A DNA stretch of 64,000 nt from Chrysomallon squamiferum (Eukaryota; Animalia; Mollusca): the NCBI GenBank assembly GCA_012295275.1, contig CM022670.1:38192001-38256000 (forward strand). The letters are read 5' to 3'. A model generated the notes under the pieces. That model had not been told where the DNA came from, searched no databases, and worked only from the letters and a program-made list of their open reading frames with translations. The stretch's first letter is position 1; each line of letters starts with the position of its first letter. Shown piece after piece: positions 40,621 to 55,417 of the stretch. Made by a program: the position numbers and the translations under genes.

Positions 40621-41315
40621 TAATTTTATGTATTTAGGCAAGCTTGACTTTGCCATGAAAAAAAAAACAACCCTGGAGAGATCTAATTCTGGTGACAGTT
40701 AAGTTTGCATGATTTGTGTTCAGAGAACGCAGCATGAATTTTTTTTTTTTTTTCTGCATGTAAGATGAAAATATACAGAATATATATATATTTTTTTTAA
40801 ATGTATATATTTATTTATTGGTTTGGTTCTAAATAATAATTAATTTAAAGTTTTCTGGGGTTTTTTTTTCTTTTTTTTCATTAGGTCATGCATATATTTT
40901 AATATTTTAATATTCATAATATATTAATTTTTAGTTCTGATAATATAAAAAATATAAAATTTGATTCAGTGTAGATAATAAAGTGGAAATTGTCTTTAAA
41001 AATATATGAGCATGCACAAACATATAAGTAAACACAGACAGACACACACACAGACAGACAGACACACACACACACACACACAGACATATCACACACTTCC
41101 AAGCAGACATTTGGTCACAAACCTCACAGTATCACTCACTGCCTTTTGAAATGCAGTTAGAGCTCTGTCTTTCCACATGTACAGTTATCTGCCCTTCCAA
41201 ATGGTATAATTATCAGGCAGTATATTTATCTCTCACCCAACTCATTAATTTGTTCTTCTTACAGTGCAGGTTTCTGCCCCTGTGAACCAGTTGTCTGCCC
41301 TTGAACAACACTGCA

Positions 41316-41349
<34 letters not shown>

Positions 41350-42106
41350 TGTTCCAGTTTTGGCATCTTTAGTTTTTGTCATTGCCTGACATGATTTCTG
41401 TGATAATTAGAAGACAGAGATAAACTGATCAGAGAACATATTTCTCAAATGATTGTAATTTGTGAAGCACTGCAGTTGCATAAATTCAACCACGTAAAAA
41501 ACACAGTGGAGTAACACAAGCAAACAAAAACAAGCGAAGTGACAGGCTTCTTTGAACAATGGTGCAAGAAGCCATTTTGGGTTTTAATTAAATATCTGAA
41601 ACTCTTTTTGTTTTTCTCGTTGGTTTATTTTTTTTATTTTTTATGGATTTCTCTTCTTCTTTTTCTTCAATGTTTCTGATGAGTTTTTCTTCTTCGTCAT
41701 CTTCTTCTTCTTTAAGAATTACACAAAACATGCTAAGAACTGTTTTTGACATTGCTTGAGTTAAACAGAAAGAATGGAACAAACCAAGACTAATAACAAC
41801 TAATGAGAACGCAAAGAATATGTTGAAAGATACAACAGTTTTGTTTGTCTATTTATTTGTTTGTGTGAGAGATAGATAGAGAGAGAGAGTGACAGACAGA
41901 AAGAGAAATACAGAGAAAGAAAGAGTGTTTATTTTCTTATCTGGCTTACCCTTCTGAGAAAAAGACAGGAGAAAGATAGAGAGAGTGTGAGAGACTCAGA
42001 AAGACAGAGTGAGACAGAAAAAGAGAAAAAGCGAGTTTTTATTGCTTATTTGGGATAATCATGCTATGAGAGTGAGAGACAGAAAAAAAAAGAGATATAG
42101 AGACAG

Positions 42107-42108
<2 letters not shown>

Positions 42109-42195
<87 letters not shown>
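42109..42195. repeat. (AG)n microsatellite
   Basis: Seen directly. Confidence 0.98.
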
Positions 42196-42198
<3 letters not shown>

Positions 42199-43017
42199 TT
42201 TATCTGTTTATTTGGCATAATTTTGTGTAATTTTCTCTTTACTATTTACCCCTGAAAACATATCTGAACTTTGGACACCTGTGTTATTACACACATCTAC
42301 CTGCAAGGTGTCAGTTATGAGTTAGTATGTAACAGGGTCAGATACCATAATCTAACATTTATTTGTATTACACTAAACATCTTCAGTTTATACAGTTCTG
42401 ACAATCTCATCCACTTGTTCCTTAGTTTAAAGTAAGACAGAAGTTTCTGAATATTCACAGTGGAGTACATGTGGATGTATATATCCTAGTTGTGTGTGTT
42501 TGTGTCAAAGTATTTAACAGTATGGATGTGAGAAAAAAGGGATAAAACAGAATGATAATTAGGATGAGAGAAAAAGTAACTGTGGTAATCTTTTGGCTAC
42601 TGTGCTTAATCAGCAGAAGATGTCTTCTAGATATACCTTCCCATGGATTGGATAACCCAATCCATAGACTTTGATAGAGACACAATGGGTAGAATGGGAT
42701 ATCGGTTGCATAAAATATCATCATGTCCTTTTATAATTATGTGTTTTCTGAACTGGCAACTAAAAATAAGACTAACTGAGATTTAGAACTTTATTTGTCT
42801 GGAAAGCCAAACTGTGATACCTAAAAGTGATCATTTTTTATAAACTGTGTCATTCCTGTGAGAAAACCAACACGTTTGTCAGAATCCAAGAACTCAAAGT
42901 ACTTCAGACAAATATTATGATTAAATTTAAGTGTCTACTGAACAGTCAACTGACTGTCAAATTGATATAATTTGTTTCTTATCAAGCAGTGATATTTTTC
43001 ACTGAATATAATTATCT

Positions 43018-43173
43018 CATTGTTTTGCCACATAAAAAACCTTTAAATGATTAAATGAATGAAAGTTTAACAATAGCTCGACACTTAAGTATCAAACATA
43101 CACATTTACCATAACAAACATCTGCAAGACAAAACCCAGTGCTACCATCACCACACACCAGTAGCAAGAGATC
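43018..43173 (-). mobile_element. SINE 3' fragment forming an inverted repeat with 38192-38325
   Basis: Reverse complement TGGTGATGGTAGCACTGGGTTTTGTCTTGCAGATG...CTATTGTTAAACTTTCATTCATTTAATCATTTAAAGG...ATGTGGCAAAACAATG matches 38192-38325 with about 12 differences in ~135 nt (hand alignment). Confidence 0.88.
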
Positions 43174-44899
43174 AGCGAAAAATACTCGATCTACAAAGAG
43201 AATAAGACACTAGCGGTGTCTCATATAACAAATATTTACAATGGGAGCTGCTAGACCTGGCCTAATCACTTTGAGTATAGGTTTTATTGTCGCTAGATAC
43301 ACACAGCGCGAGTAAACAGGCTCAGATGATTATTGTAATTATTGTAATTTCCTCCACCGGACTATCAAAACACCTTCCAGGCATTGTGAAGCGAAAGCAG
43401 TGAAGTCTCCGACAAGTGGTTGCTATTCAAACAGCTGATCTTTTTGTGTTTTATTCACCTTATTGGCTGCTCATGTCGTTCTCTAAGCATGAGATTTAGT
43501 GTTTCTAGTTTGCTACCAGAGGTAAAAGGTTAAAGGTGAAGGTCATGAAATGAACCACCAAAATGACGGAAAGCTCCCGATTTTGAGAGAAAAATAATTT
43601 TTTGATTTTGTTTTCTTATTATTTTGTTTTTCTTTATTTCTTTTTCTTTTTTAGATTTTCATGTAATTTAAAAAAAAAAAAAATATTTTATTATTATTTT
43701 TCTATTCTTAAGATTTTTTACTTTTTTTTTTTCAGTCTTTTTTTTTTTTTTTTTTTTTTTTTTGGATTATTTAATCAAAACTGAACTTAAGCAATCTATT
43801 GTAAACATTGAATTAAGACAAGAAATAAAAATAGATTTTAATCAAATTGAATTCATTTACTTGGAAATATTACTGTCTATAATAATAATAATAATTCATA
43901 GTCTACTAACTAACGTAAAAAAAAAACTATTCATGACCCTCTTTACATACATATGTGTGTGTGTGTGTGTGTGTGAAAATAAATCAATAAATAATTTAAA
44001 TATATATAGAAAAAAACAACAAAACAATTTAATTTGCAAAAATTATATCCAGTTCATTTTGAGAAAAGTACTTAGTCACTGATATACGAGCTATAAATTA
44101 TTCTCTCTTTTTTCTCATATTTCCTGTTTCATTAAAATAAACAAATAATAATAAAAATAAAGGCCTTGATAAAAATCCATAGTCTGTGTCACAAATGTAT
44201 TAAATACTTTCATGTTTTTCTGTTGAATGAAAAACTCCTGAGGTTTTTTGGCACCCTGGAGAAATGTCTAATGATACGAAATAAAGAAAAATACTATTTT
44301 TGATAATTAATAAATCATACAGTCAGTTCAGATGGTACATACAGCAGAGTATTTGACTGTGAAATATAGATATAGATATATACACACACACAAATATACA
44401 TATATATATATATATGATATAGATATAGATATATACACACACACATATACATACATATATAGAGATAGATAGATAGATAGATATACACACACACATATAT
44501 ACATACATATATCAAAATGAAGACGACATTTCTACACCCAGAACTGTGAGATGAGATGGATTCGGGATTAGATCCCAGTTCCTCCTGAGTTCAAATAAAC
44601 CACTTAATCCATATGCTTTTTTAAACAGAATAATAGCAATTTGAACACAAAGCTCTAAGCCATAATCAATCATCTTTATTTGTTCATCGATGGTAAGCTG
44701 TTATTAAGTGATTACCATTCTAGATTTAGCATCTTTCACTCATTAACAGTGCCTCCATTTTGTTTGTCTGAGTTACTTCAAAATTAAATCCGTGCTGGCA
44801 TTTAAAATGAAGATATTTAAGAAAGAGGCTTTTGTTTTCTTTTTCTTTTTTTTATATTCCCCTGTTTTTTTCTTTCAATTTATTTCAATGCGTTTTTCA

Positions 44900-45860
44900 A
44901 AATTAAAATTTCAATCATAGATTTATGTGGTTTTTTTTATAAACATAAATGTATGAACTTTTCAAATTGCACAAAATGCAGATTTTCAATAAAGATGGGT
45001 TCCTGCATTGTTATTTTTCTTGTATTCTGTTTTTTTTATTTGAATTTCATTTTGTATTTTATGCATTTAATAATTTTCTCTGTAGAATTAGTTACTATTG
45101 AAATTGTAATTGAAATCAAAGATTAATATTCTTATTACAGTCTATGTTGAAACATGTCTGTCTTGGGTTTTGAACTCTGACACACTGCAACTACATCTTG
45201 TCTATCATCCAAATTACATCTATGTAATGGTGGTTTTTAACCCTATCAGTATTAATCTTTAAACGATATAATCTTTCAAATGAAGTAAAATGGAGAGATC
45301 CAATAAAGAGGATGTTTTTTTCATTAATTCTTTTTCCGCCATTTATTGCATTATGTGGACTTGGATTTCAATTTGTATTTTATTTATTGAATGATCTTTT
45401 CATCTGGGTTACTGAAAATGAAGTTAGTGTCAAAGATTAATAAACTTATTACAGTCTGTATTCAGATATGTCTTTCATGGATTTTGAACTTTGTGACCTT
45501 CCATCTTGTCTGTCAACTAAATCATAATGTATATATTGTCAGTTTTTAACTATATAAATGGTAATCTTTAAACATTAAAACCGTTCGTGTCATGTAAAAT
45601 GCAGATATATAATAATGAGGGGTTTTCTTTTTCCCCTTGGATTCCTTTGTGTAGACTTGGATTTCAGTTTGTTCTTTACATATTCAGTTATCTATCTGTG
45701 GAGTTATTCAAATTACAGTTCAAATTCTAATATTAAATATGCTTATTTAAATATTCAAACAGGTCAGTTCTGTTTTGATCTCAGATATTTTTAATAAATT
45801 GTACATGTATATGAATTTAATTACATCTACATAATGGAATGTTTTAAATTTTCAAATTAT
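44900..45860. repeat. Old ~310-bp tandem triplication
   Basis: TCAAAGATTAATA..CTTATTACAGTCT (45116, 45430), TTTTGAACT, CATCTTGTCT, GTAAAATG.AGA and GACTTGGATTTCA recur with a ~310-bp period. Confidence 0.75.
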
Positions 45861-46136
45861 AAACTTTTTTCTCAGTCAGTAAATAATAATTTGAATCCTT
45901 GATACAATAATTTTAAAAATGTGTTATCTGCAAAAATTTCACTGTTGAAATGATAACCTTCCTCTGATAAATTTTCACTCTTTGACTGGTAATTTGTGTA
46001 TTTTCACTAATAAATACCCTTCAGATCATAACCTTTTGCTGAACTGGTCCGTGGAAAGTTTTAATTTTTTTAAATAGACGTCTTTTCTCTGATAAGTTTT
46101 TATCCTCTAAATGGTGACTTTCTCTCAAATGATATT

Positions 46137-46582
46137 TGCTATTTTTTTGTCCTCATGTTACAGTTATTTATTTGCTATGTTTTTGTTCTCATATTAGTTA
46201 TTTACTCCATATGTTTTTTACCTCATGTTACAGTTATTTACTTGCTATGTTTTTGACCTCATATTACAGTTATTTACTCCATATGTTTTTGACAACATGT
46301 TAGTTATTTACTTTGCTACGTTTTGACCTCATATTACAGTTATTTATTTGCTATGTTTTTGACCTCATATTACAGTTATTTATTTGCTATGTTTTTACCT
46401 CATTTTACAGTTATTTACACGTTTGTGTCATATTACAGTTATTTGCTTGCCAACCTCATATTACAGTTATTTACTCCATATGTTTTTGTCCTCATGTTAC
46501 AGATATTTACTTCCTATGTTTTTGACCTCATATTACAGTTATTTATTTGCTATGTTTTAGACCTGATATAAGAGTTATTTAG
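46137..46582. repeat. ~36-bp minisatellite, ~12 copies
   Basis: TATGTTTTTGACCTCATATTACAGTTATTTA(C/T)TTGC repeated. Confidence 0.93.
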
Positions 46583-46728
46583 TCACTTGGTACATGTCAA
46601 GTTTCAAATTTTCAAATATTAATTTTCTGGTTACATGATAAGATTTAACACTTCAAACAGTAACCTCTCTCTCTCTTTCTCTGGAGTCGGTTGACAACTT
46701 GTCATTCGCAATTTAATTTCTCACTTAC

Positions 46729-47030
46729 ATCGTTACATACACATATCGAATCACTTCTAACACTGGCCAATTTTGATCTGGTTTGCCCCGGAGGCAAAAT
46801 CATTGCCCAGGAACGCCCGCAGTGTTTACCAACGATGCCATTTAAGGCTTGTGTCTGTTGTAAGAGTTAATTAAGGCATTCCAGTCCCATGTTTTCAGCC
46901 GTCATATTCCGATTTACAGAGTTCGGAAACCACTGTTCCTCTTTGCGAGTTTTCATCTGCTCTTTAAATCACTGAACAATGTCGCTTGTACGTTCACTTT
47001 GTGTGTGGACACTCATTTCGCGCAGTGAAA
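46729..47030 (-). promoter_or_regulatory. Candidate alternative non-coding first exon / promoter island
   Basis: Donor GAT|GTAAGT (ACTTAC 46723-46728); CpG-rich 46685-47100; Inr-like TCAGT at 46975-46971; AP-2-like GCCCCGGAGGC at ~46785. Confidence 0.35.
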
Positions 47031-47168
47031 GGATTTTCTGGAAATTGATCCTCTTATGAGTTAGTTTCTAGTGGCACTGCAGGCATTGTGAATCACGGAG
47101 GTGCCTGCTTTAGACTGTTTCCATTTGATTATTACAATTATTGGCTCAGCATACAAGTCCCTGAAGGG

Positions 47169-47220
<52 letters not shown>

Positions 47221-47252
47221 GTGAGTGTGTGTATACACATATACACAGACAC

Positions 47253-47284
<32 letters not shown>

Positions 47285-47559
47285 ATATACATATACATAT
47301 CTATATATCTATATACATATATATATATATATTAAAAAAACTTTTCAAAATTAATGTATATAAATATATTATAAATAATATTAAACAAAAATATTTACAC
47401 ATATAAATTAAAATAATCAGAAAAACAAATGTCTAAACATATTTTTATCATTTTATATCTGTATTAATACATTATCACACTGTAAAATCTATTTATTAAT
47501 TTTAAAAATTTTCCTCTCTATCAAAAGACTTTGCTGTTTGATGTACCTATCTACAAAGG

Positions 47560-47760
47560 AGATTTTGAATTTAACTATGTTGTTGAGAAAACCATAATTT
47601 GTCTATATATCTACTGACTACAATTTTGAATTTACCAATCTATTTGAGGACATTTTTAAATTTGTTTATATACTTACTGACTATAATTTTGAATTTATCT
47701 ATTGAGAAATATTTTTCCTGCCTAAATATGTAATGACTATTATTTTAAATTTACCTTTGT
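47560..47760. repeat. ~65-bp degenerate tandem repeat, ~3 copies
   Basis: TACTGACTA(C/T)AATTTTGAATTTA..ATCTATT.GAG recurs. Confidence 0.65.
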
Positions 47761-48444
47761 TTTTACCTGACTTTCTTTTTAAATCTGGTTATTTATCCAA
47801 AAACTGTATTAGTGAATATACCAAGATAGTAAAGACCGTTATCTTTGCTAAACTCATATTTCAGCACAATTAACAAGATTTTACAAAAAAAAAAAAAAAT
47901 GTCTGAATTCTTAAATCTTGCAGGTTGCATACCTGAAGGGGTAAAAAAAAAAAAAAAAAAAAAATGTTTGAAAACATAGTAAATCACAGAACGTATTAAC
48001 CCTGACAGACCTGTTCAATTAATTGTGAAGAAGACTCTAATGTGTTGTTATAATCTTCTTTTTTTTTTTTCTTTCTACAATCAACAAAGTCTCTGAATTA
48101 ATAAGCTGTGTCCTGTCATTTTGAAACTGATTTAAAGCTTTTTTTGTTTGTAATAAAATAACTGATGATCTTGCAGCAGCTGTTTTTGTTTTATTTTTGT
48201 TTTTTTCTCGTTTTTTTTTAAACATTTTTTTTAGGTATTTCTGTTTTAATCATGTTATGTGTCTGACGTTGATAAACTGAGACAGAATTTATTATGACAG
48301 TTACTTTATATGGGTGGGTGTTTGGGTGTGTATGTGTGACTGAAGGGGACGTGTGGGTGTAAGTTATTGGGGAGGAAGTGGGTGTGGTTGTTTGGGTGGG
48401 TGTGTAGGTAGATAGGTTCTTTTGTAAATATGTTCTTCTGTAGG

Positions 48445-48552
48445 TGTCTGTATATATGACTGTATGTATGTATGTATGTATGTATGTATGTGTGTGTATG
48501 TATGTATGTGTATGTATGTGTATGTGTGTGTGGTGTGTGTGTGTATGTATGT

Positions 48553-48594
<42 letters not shown>

Positions 48595-49082
48595 GTATGT
48601 ATGTGTGTGTGTATGTATGTGTGTATGTATGTATGTGTGTGTGTATGTATGTATGTATGTGTATGTATGTGTGTAATATCAGCGTCACATTCTGTCTCTC
48701 ACAATCTTTTTTCTGTCTTTCTGTTTCTTCTCTCTCTCTCTATCTCTGTATCAATCTGTCCATATACAAATTTAGCCACAGTCAGAAAAGAGTTTGGATC
48801 ATAACATGATAGACACTGAAAATTTCTATCAGTGGCAAAATGGTTTAATCCATGGCCCAGATTTATCTGTACCCATGAAGAATTTTATGAGTTACTTATT
48901 TTAGCTTAAAAATAATTTAATTCTGGGCATTAAGATTTATAAAAAAATCTATGTCTAATAATAAGAATAATAATAGCTTACACACACACACACACACACA
49001 CACATGCATGCATAAGTACATACATACACACACACACAAACACACACACACACACACACACATGCATGCATATGTATATACA

Positions 49083-49135
<53 letters not shown>
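48445..49135. repeat. (TATG/TG)n and (CA)n microsatellite blocks
   Basis: Seen directly. Confidence 0.95.
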
Positions 49136-49136
<1 letters not shown>

Positions 49137-50299
49137 GGACATCAGACTTTATAACAAATCTGTGTAAAATAAACCTAAAATATAGATGTACTATATCTAT
49201 TCAGGACAGTGTACTTTCAGCCTGTAATAAACCACTATATACTTACACTCTGTGAAATTCCTCAAAACACACATTAAACTCTTTGCCAAGCTCTACTTAT
49301 TTTCACAACAGGTCACACGGAATATGATTTACACGTACTGGTTCACTTATTCTACTGAATGATGTTTGCTGGACAAAATGAATTCTAACAAGGTGAGCAC
49401 TGTGTGAGTGGGTTTTGTTAGCATCACCATGAGAAAAATAACTCACATTCAGCAAGTCTGGTGAGCCACTAAGGGATTACGTAGCCGATATTTTCGCTGT
49501 TCAAAATTCCGGTCACATAATAAAAAAAAAGATCTGAGGTTAAACATTTAAACTGTATAATGAACAAAAACGTCTCTGTTGGGGATAAAAGAATAAAATA
49601 AAAATAATATGATACTGAGGTAAAGGATGGATAAGTGTAAAAAAAAAAAATGTTTATGAATATATTTTTTAGTACATGGGACTTCCTTGTTCTTTTATTT
49701 ATTTATGGGTTGATATATTTTCTTTGAATGAAAGAATATTCAATCAGGCGTAGTATAATAATTTAATCTAGGTGAAACCGAAAAGCTATCTTTTATGATG
49801 CGTGAACCCATTATCCAAAGTTTGTGAGATCAATTTTTTTTTTCATTTTTTTTTTTTTTTTTTTGTGTGTGTCGTTATGGGTTTGCCATAAGCATCATAA
49901 ATTAACAAATTAATAAATCATTAATATTTAGTATTCTTGAAAACAGACACAAATGTAAACAAAAAAACTGATAAAACGTATGACCCCTGATTTTGAAATA
50001 ATAATAATAATAACAGATTTTCTTTATTTCTGAATATAAAAATGTTTTTCCTAACATGAACAAATCGCTGTTGGCCACAGATTTTAAGATTGCAGATATC
50101 CAGAACATTTCTTCCTCCAGTAGCAGCAATGATAAACATTTGATGATGATTAATTTTTCCTGCTCTGGCCATCAATATGTCTGCAAGTGGACATGGTCCA
50201 TCTGTGACAACAAAATTTATTTATTTCCCTCAACTCTGACTGTAATTGAATATTGAACTGAAAGATCTACATTTTCTGTCGCTTCAGTTTCTGTCTCAA

Positions 50300-50625
50300 A
50301 CTGGAATAGGATTCAGCTCACAGAAAACTCTCATTTCAGGATCTTGCTGGTGTATCCATTTTGTGTTTTTCCCATTTGTATATAACCAGATGATAACCAT
50401 TTGAGTTACGGAAGGGTGTTTGTGGAAATTACAGTCTTGTGACTGGTGTATTGAAAAAAATCGAGCTGTTTTTTTACAGTTTATGTGAAGGTTTACGTAA
50501 AAGAATCCTTGTTGCTAAGTGGTGAAAGTTGTCAACTGTGTGGAAGCAGCCAATTTCCTCATTATAATGATTATGAGTGATACATGAAAACCACTGATAT
50601 AAAAATGTGTTGACAGAGTGAAAGA
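50300..50625 (+). mobile_element. Highly decayed Meta/MESC-like SINE copy
   Basis: GTGAAGGTTTACGTAAAAGAATCCTTGTTGCTAAGTGGTGAAAG...GGAAGCAGCCAATTTCCTC...ATAAAAATGTGTTGA follows the core-to-tail order of the family. Confidence 0.5.
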
Positions 50626-50841
50626 AAGTAGAACAGATAATATTAGACTAGAGATGGATGGAAGGATGGATGAATGGGTTGCTTAGCAGCTAGACACAGA
50701 GATAGATATATAACGAGGTTAGATTTAGATGGAGAGATAGTAAATAAATAGAAAGACAAGTCACTGACAGACAGACAAACAGAAGAATACAAATACATTT
50801 GTAGATGGTAAATTATTACATCATTACAAGTTGTGCAGTAT

Positions 50842-50879
<38 letters not shown>

Positions 50880-51467
50880 CACAACATGCATACAGGTATA
50901 ATACACACACACTCATACACACACACTCAGACACATACACATTTTAGACTGGTCTATATTGTAATACTGATACACTTAGCTTCACAGATTTGAACATCAG
51001 TGCAAAATACAACTGCTGTTGTTGCTGCTGCTGCTGCTGCTGATGATGATGATGACACAGTGAAGAACTCCAGCCCAGTGAAGATGATGTATGTCTGTTT
51101 TGGATGTGAGCTGGCACAGAAACACGAGTAACATTATGTCAGAGTGACTTGTTTCAGGATTAATCTTGCTTTATCAGATCGCATAAGAATCACATTTGTC
51201 AATGTTGTTGCTCATTTGATTTTTTTTTTGGTATCACTAGTGATTTCTGTGTAATCAGGGATGTCTGCTTAATTTTCAGTATTCATGTATGTACACACAG
51301 ACAGACAGACAGACATGCAGATGTACAGAAACAAGCAGGCATATGTGTTTTGTGGGTGTGTGTGTGTGGGTGTGAACATGTGTGTAGATAGACAGATAGA
51401 TAGATAGATAGACATATACAAACATGCACAGATACACACACTCAATCACTCACACATACACACACAC

Positions 51468-51673
51468 ATACATAAATGCATGCACACACAGAAACATGCA
51501 CATAATTTACATTCATAAAACATACTCACACACACACACATACATAAATGCATGCACACACAAAAACATGCACATAATTTACATCCATAAAACATACATT
51601 CAATCACATGCACATACATACATAAATGCATGCACACACACAGAAACATGCACATAATTTACATTCATAAAAC
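51468..51673. repeat. ~70-78-bp tandem repeat, 3 copies
   Basis: TACATAAATGCATGCACACACAGAAACATGCACATAATTTACAT(T/C)CATAAAACA. Confidence 0.9.
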
Positions 51674-52534
51674 ACTGACACCAACATCCAAACCTAAACT
51701 CTTTCATTGCAAAGAAATACAAAACCTCTCTCTCTTTATCTTAACAAATACACTTTATTTCTTTTTCTTTTCATACCCTCAAGTTATGAACAATGGACAC
51801 ATGCTTACCACAGTCACTAAACAAACACAGACACAGACAGACATATGAACTTAATTATTACATATCTGAGTTTGGATACATTATTATCCCAAATCTTTAA
51901 TAACAAAAAATAAACAATAAAAAACCCCCAGTTTGTTGTATTTTTTAAACTCACTTTAAGATCTGATGAACTGTTTTTTACACAAACACTCACTTATAAG
52001 AGCTGAAACAAATGTTTTTTTGAGCTTCTGAGTATAACATTTCATCTATCACTAAATCCCTTATTAAATGCAGATAAATATGTTTTTCTCCCTCTTGAGC
52101 ATCATGTTTTTGTAACATTATATTTCAGCACTTTTTTGAATTTTAAAGCAATGACAGGGTTTTGATACCATATTATGTGTATTTTATAGTCATCATTTCT
52201 ATTTTGTTGTAACTTGCAGTTATTTATTTATTTATTATTGTTATTATTCTTTCTTTTTTTCATCAGCAAAATGATCAGAATATGTCAGTAAAGGATAATC
52301 AATATATATATATTTAGACATTGCAAAGCAAAGACTTTGTTTAATATTTAAAACATTTCGGTTATTTTACTAAATATACTGAGATAAAACATGTTTCCAG
52401 TTGACTGACGTCGTCATATTATATGAGCTATCACAGCATTCAACAACATCGTTGTTGTTTTGTTACCAAAGGTTATAACAGTTAACACAGCAAACAATAC
52501 TGATGTATATTTCATGTGAAGAAATTATTTCCTT

Positions 52535-52666
52535 CTATATACATACATACATACATATACATACACATATACATACATACATATACATACATATATATAT
52601 ATATACATACATATATATATATATAGATACATACATATACATACATATATACATACATACATACAT

Positions 52667-52711
<45 letters not shown>

Positions 52712-52781
52712 CATATGTACATACATACATACATATAGATAGATACATACATTTTATATATATAGATAGATAGATAGATAG

Positions 52782-52826
<45 letters not shown>
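52535..52826. repeat. (TACA/TA/TAGA/CA)n compound microsatellite
   Basis: Seen directly. Confidence 0.95.
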
Positions 52827-53379
52827 CTGTTTCAAAAGCTGCAGTCTCCTCTCTTTTTAAGTTAAGTAAAAGATTATTACTTACAAAAGTAGATCTAGCA
52901 TTGTTACTGCAGGTTTCTTCTTTTCATAATCATTGTAGAAAAAAAAAACTATATGTTTCCTAAAAATGAAACCACTGTTATAAAAATACATCCCTTCCCC
53001 CTCCCCCCAAAAAAAACCCAACTGTTTCTTTCTTGAATGTTTCATCATGCTAGTTTTACCATGGAACTTTCAGTGAACCAGCGAAAAAAAAATTGTGAAA
53101 TTTTACCTACAGAATATACATCATATGTACAGACTGAGACAGAATACAGGAGTTTAACTTTGGTGCTAGGAATACCTCATCTACTCCAACAGACAAAGAA
53201 AAAACTGTACCAAAATGTTAAAGCAGTGGAATCTGAGAAAACAGACATTGTGGAAATTCTGGAAGAAAGAGATCAGCTTGTACTGTAACTGCCATTATTA
53301 TTAAAGAAAGCTTTATCCATTATTTTTACTCCTTTATAGCCACTGAATGTATAATAGTTAACCAAACTGACAATCTTAC

Positions 53380-53690
53380 AATATTTCTAAAACTGAATTT
53401 ATAATTTTTAACCTAAAATAATTATCTGATAGTATTTATGAAAATGAATTTATAATTATTAATTAAAATAATTATCTTATAATATTTATGAAAATGAATA
53501 TATAATTATTAACTAAAATAATTATCTGATAATATTTCTAAAACGAATTTATAATTATTAACTTAAATAATTATCTTACAATATTTCTTAAAATGAATTT
53601 ATAAAATTAATCAAAAATAAAAATCTTTTTATTCTTTCTAAAACTCAATTTATAATAATTAATCATAACAATTATATTGTAATGTTTCCA
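53380..53690. repeat. ~49-bp AT-rich tandem repeat, ~6 copies
   Basis: AAAATGAATTTATAATTATTAACTAAAATAATTATCT(G/T)ATAATATTT. Confidence 0.85.
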
Positions 53691-55158
53691 GTACTGATTT
53701 TAACCTTGTACTCTCTGATAATTCATAACTAAAATGTGTATCGGTGTTGCTGTCAGAATGTAACTATTATGTTTATAATATAAATGTACTGTTACTGGTT
53801 TCATTCGAGTGTTTTGTGGCACGTACAAATGATTATTTTTTTATTATAATCAACCAGGTTCTTTTTTTCATCATCAATCATCATGCAGTAATTTGATATC
53901 ACTTTTATGCAGGAAGCCATTTATGTTAGCATGTATACATTACAGAGTATACTCAACAACAAAAGTTATGTATACAATAATTCCAGAATCATTATAAAAA
54001 CTAAATAATAATAATAATAATAATAATGAAAGTAAAAATAATAGTAATAATAGTAGTAGTAGTAGTAGTCATAGTAATAGTAATAATAATAGTAATAATA
54101 TTAATAAAAGATTAATTAATAACAAACAAACTAGCCAATAAATAAATAAATAAATAAATAAATTTAATTTAGATACTGTAAAAGAACCATATGACATAGT
54201 CAGACCTTCAAAAACCAGATTTTAAAAGTACTATTTTTATTCATCAATACTGAATTCTGAACAAAAAAAGGAAAATTATTATTCAAATGTCAGTCAACAT
54301 TTTCATCAGAATCCTTTTGAACAAGTCAAGAATGGCTTATTGGAAAGTAGCATTTAACCGTTGTAAAATATTCTCCACCTCTGTGATTTAACTGTTGTGT
54401 GTGTGTGTGTATGTCTGTGTGTGTGTGTGTGCATGTCTGTGTGTGTGTGTATGTCTGTATGTGTGTGTATCTGTGCATGTGTGCATGTGTGTATAGATAG
54501 ATCAGTATATATGTAAGTAATGGATAGACAGATATATAAATATGTGCATGTGTGTATTTGTATGTAGATAGATAGATATGTAGATGTGTGTATGTCTGTA
54601 TGTGTGTATGTGTGTATGTGTGTGTGTATAGACAGATAGATACATATATGTCTTTGTTCTGTCCATATTATTTTAAATAAGTAATAAACGAAACTTAATT
54701 TGCACTCATTTTTAACTACTTGTTTCTCTATATTTTGTTCAGTAAAGTATACAATCACTTCCATTTTGCATCAGCTACTCCACCAAGCAAAAATCAGAAC
54801 GCAACAAAAATCATGAAACATTGAAAAGTATTTCCTATCAATAGCTCTTCTCATATACTGGTCAGCTTCGGGTAACCGAATAAATAATCAGAGGGAATAA
54901 AATAATAAAATACAAAATTCTCACGTGAAAAGTAGTTCTATTACTATTTATGGCAGTTATTACTTCCATAAATCATAGAGCTTTAAACCGATATTGGATT
55001 TTACATTGGTATTAAATTGCAATGCAATTTGTGTAAAAGATTGATTGTAATGTGTGAGTGAGGATGGAGGTTTTGTGAATTAAATACAATTACGCAGTTT
55101 TTGTGTCCAGTAGTGCATTGGATTGTAGCATTTTCTGTTAGAGTTTAATGTATGCATA

Positions 55159-55217
<59 letters not shown>

Positions 55218-55386
55218 TAGTTATCTATATCTATATCTATCTATAAACGTAATAAAGACAACATTATTTTATAATTCTGAAATATTACATGCACATATTG
55301 TGTGTGCATGCATGCATACATGCATGTGTGCATGTATATATACAGATCATATATATATATACAGATCATATATATATATACAGATC

Positions 55387-55417
<31 letters not shown>

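Noticed and set aside
53037-53288. 83-aa ORF with protein-like composition
   Set aside because: No recognisable domain or supporting exon structure; length is compatible with chance.
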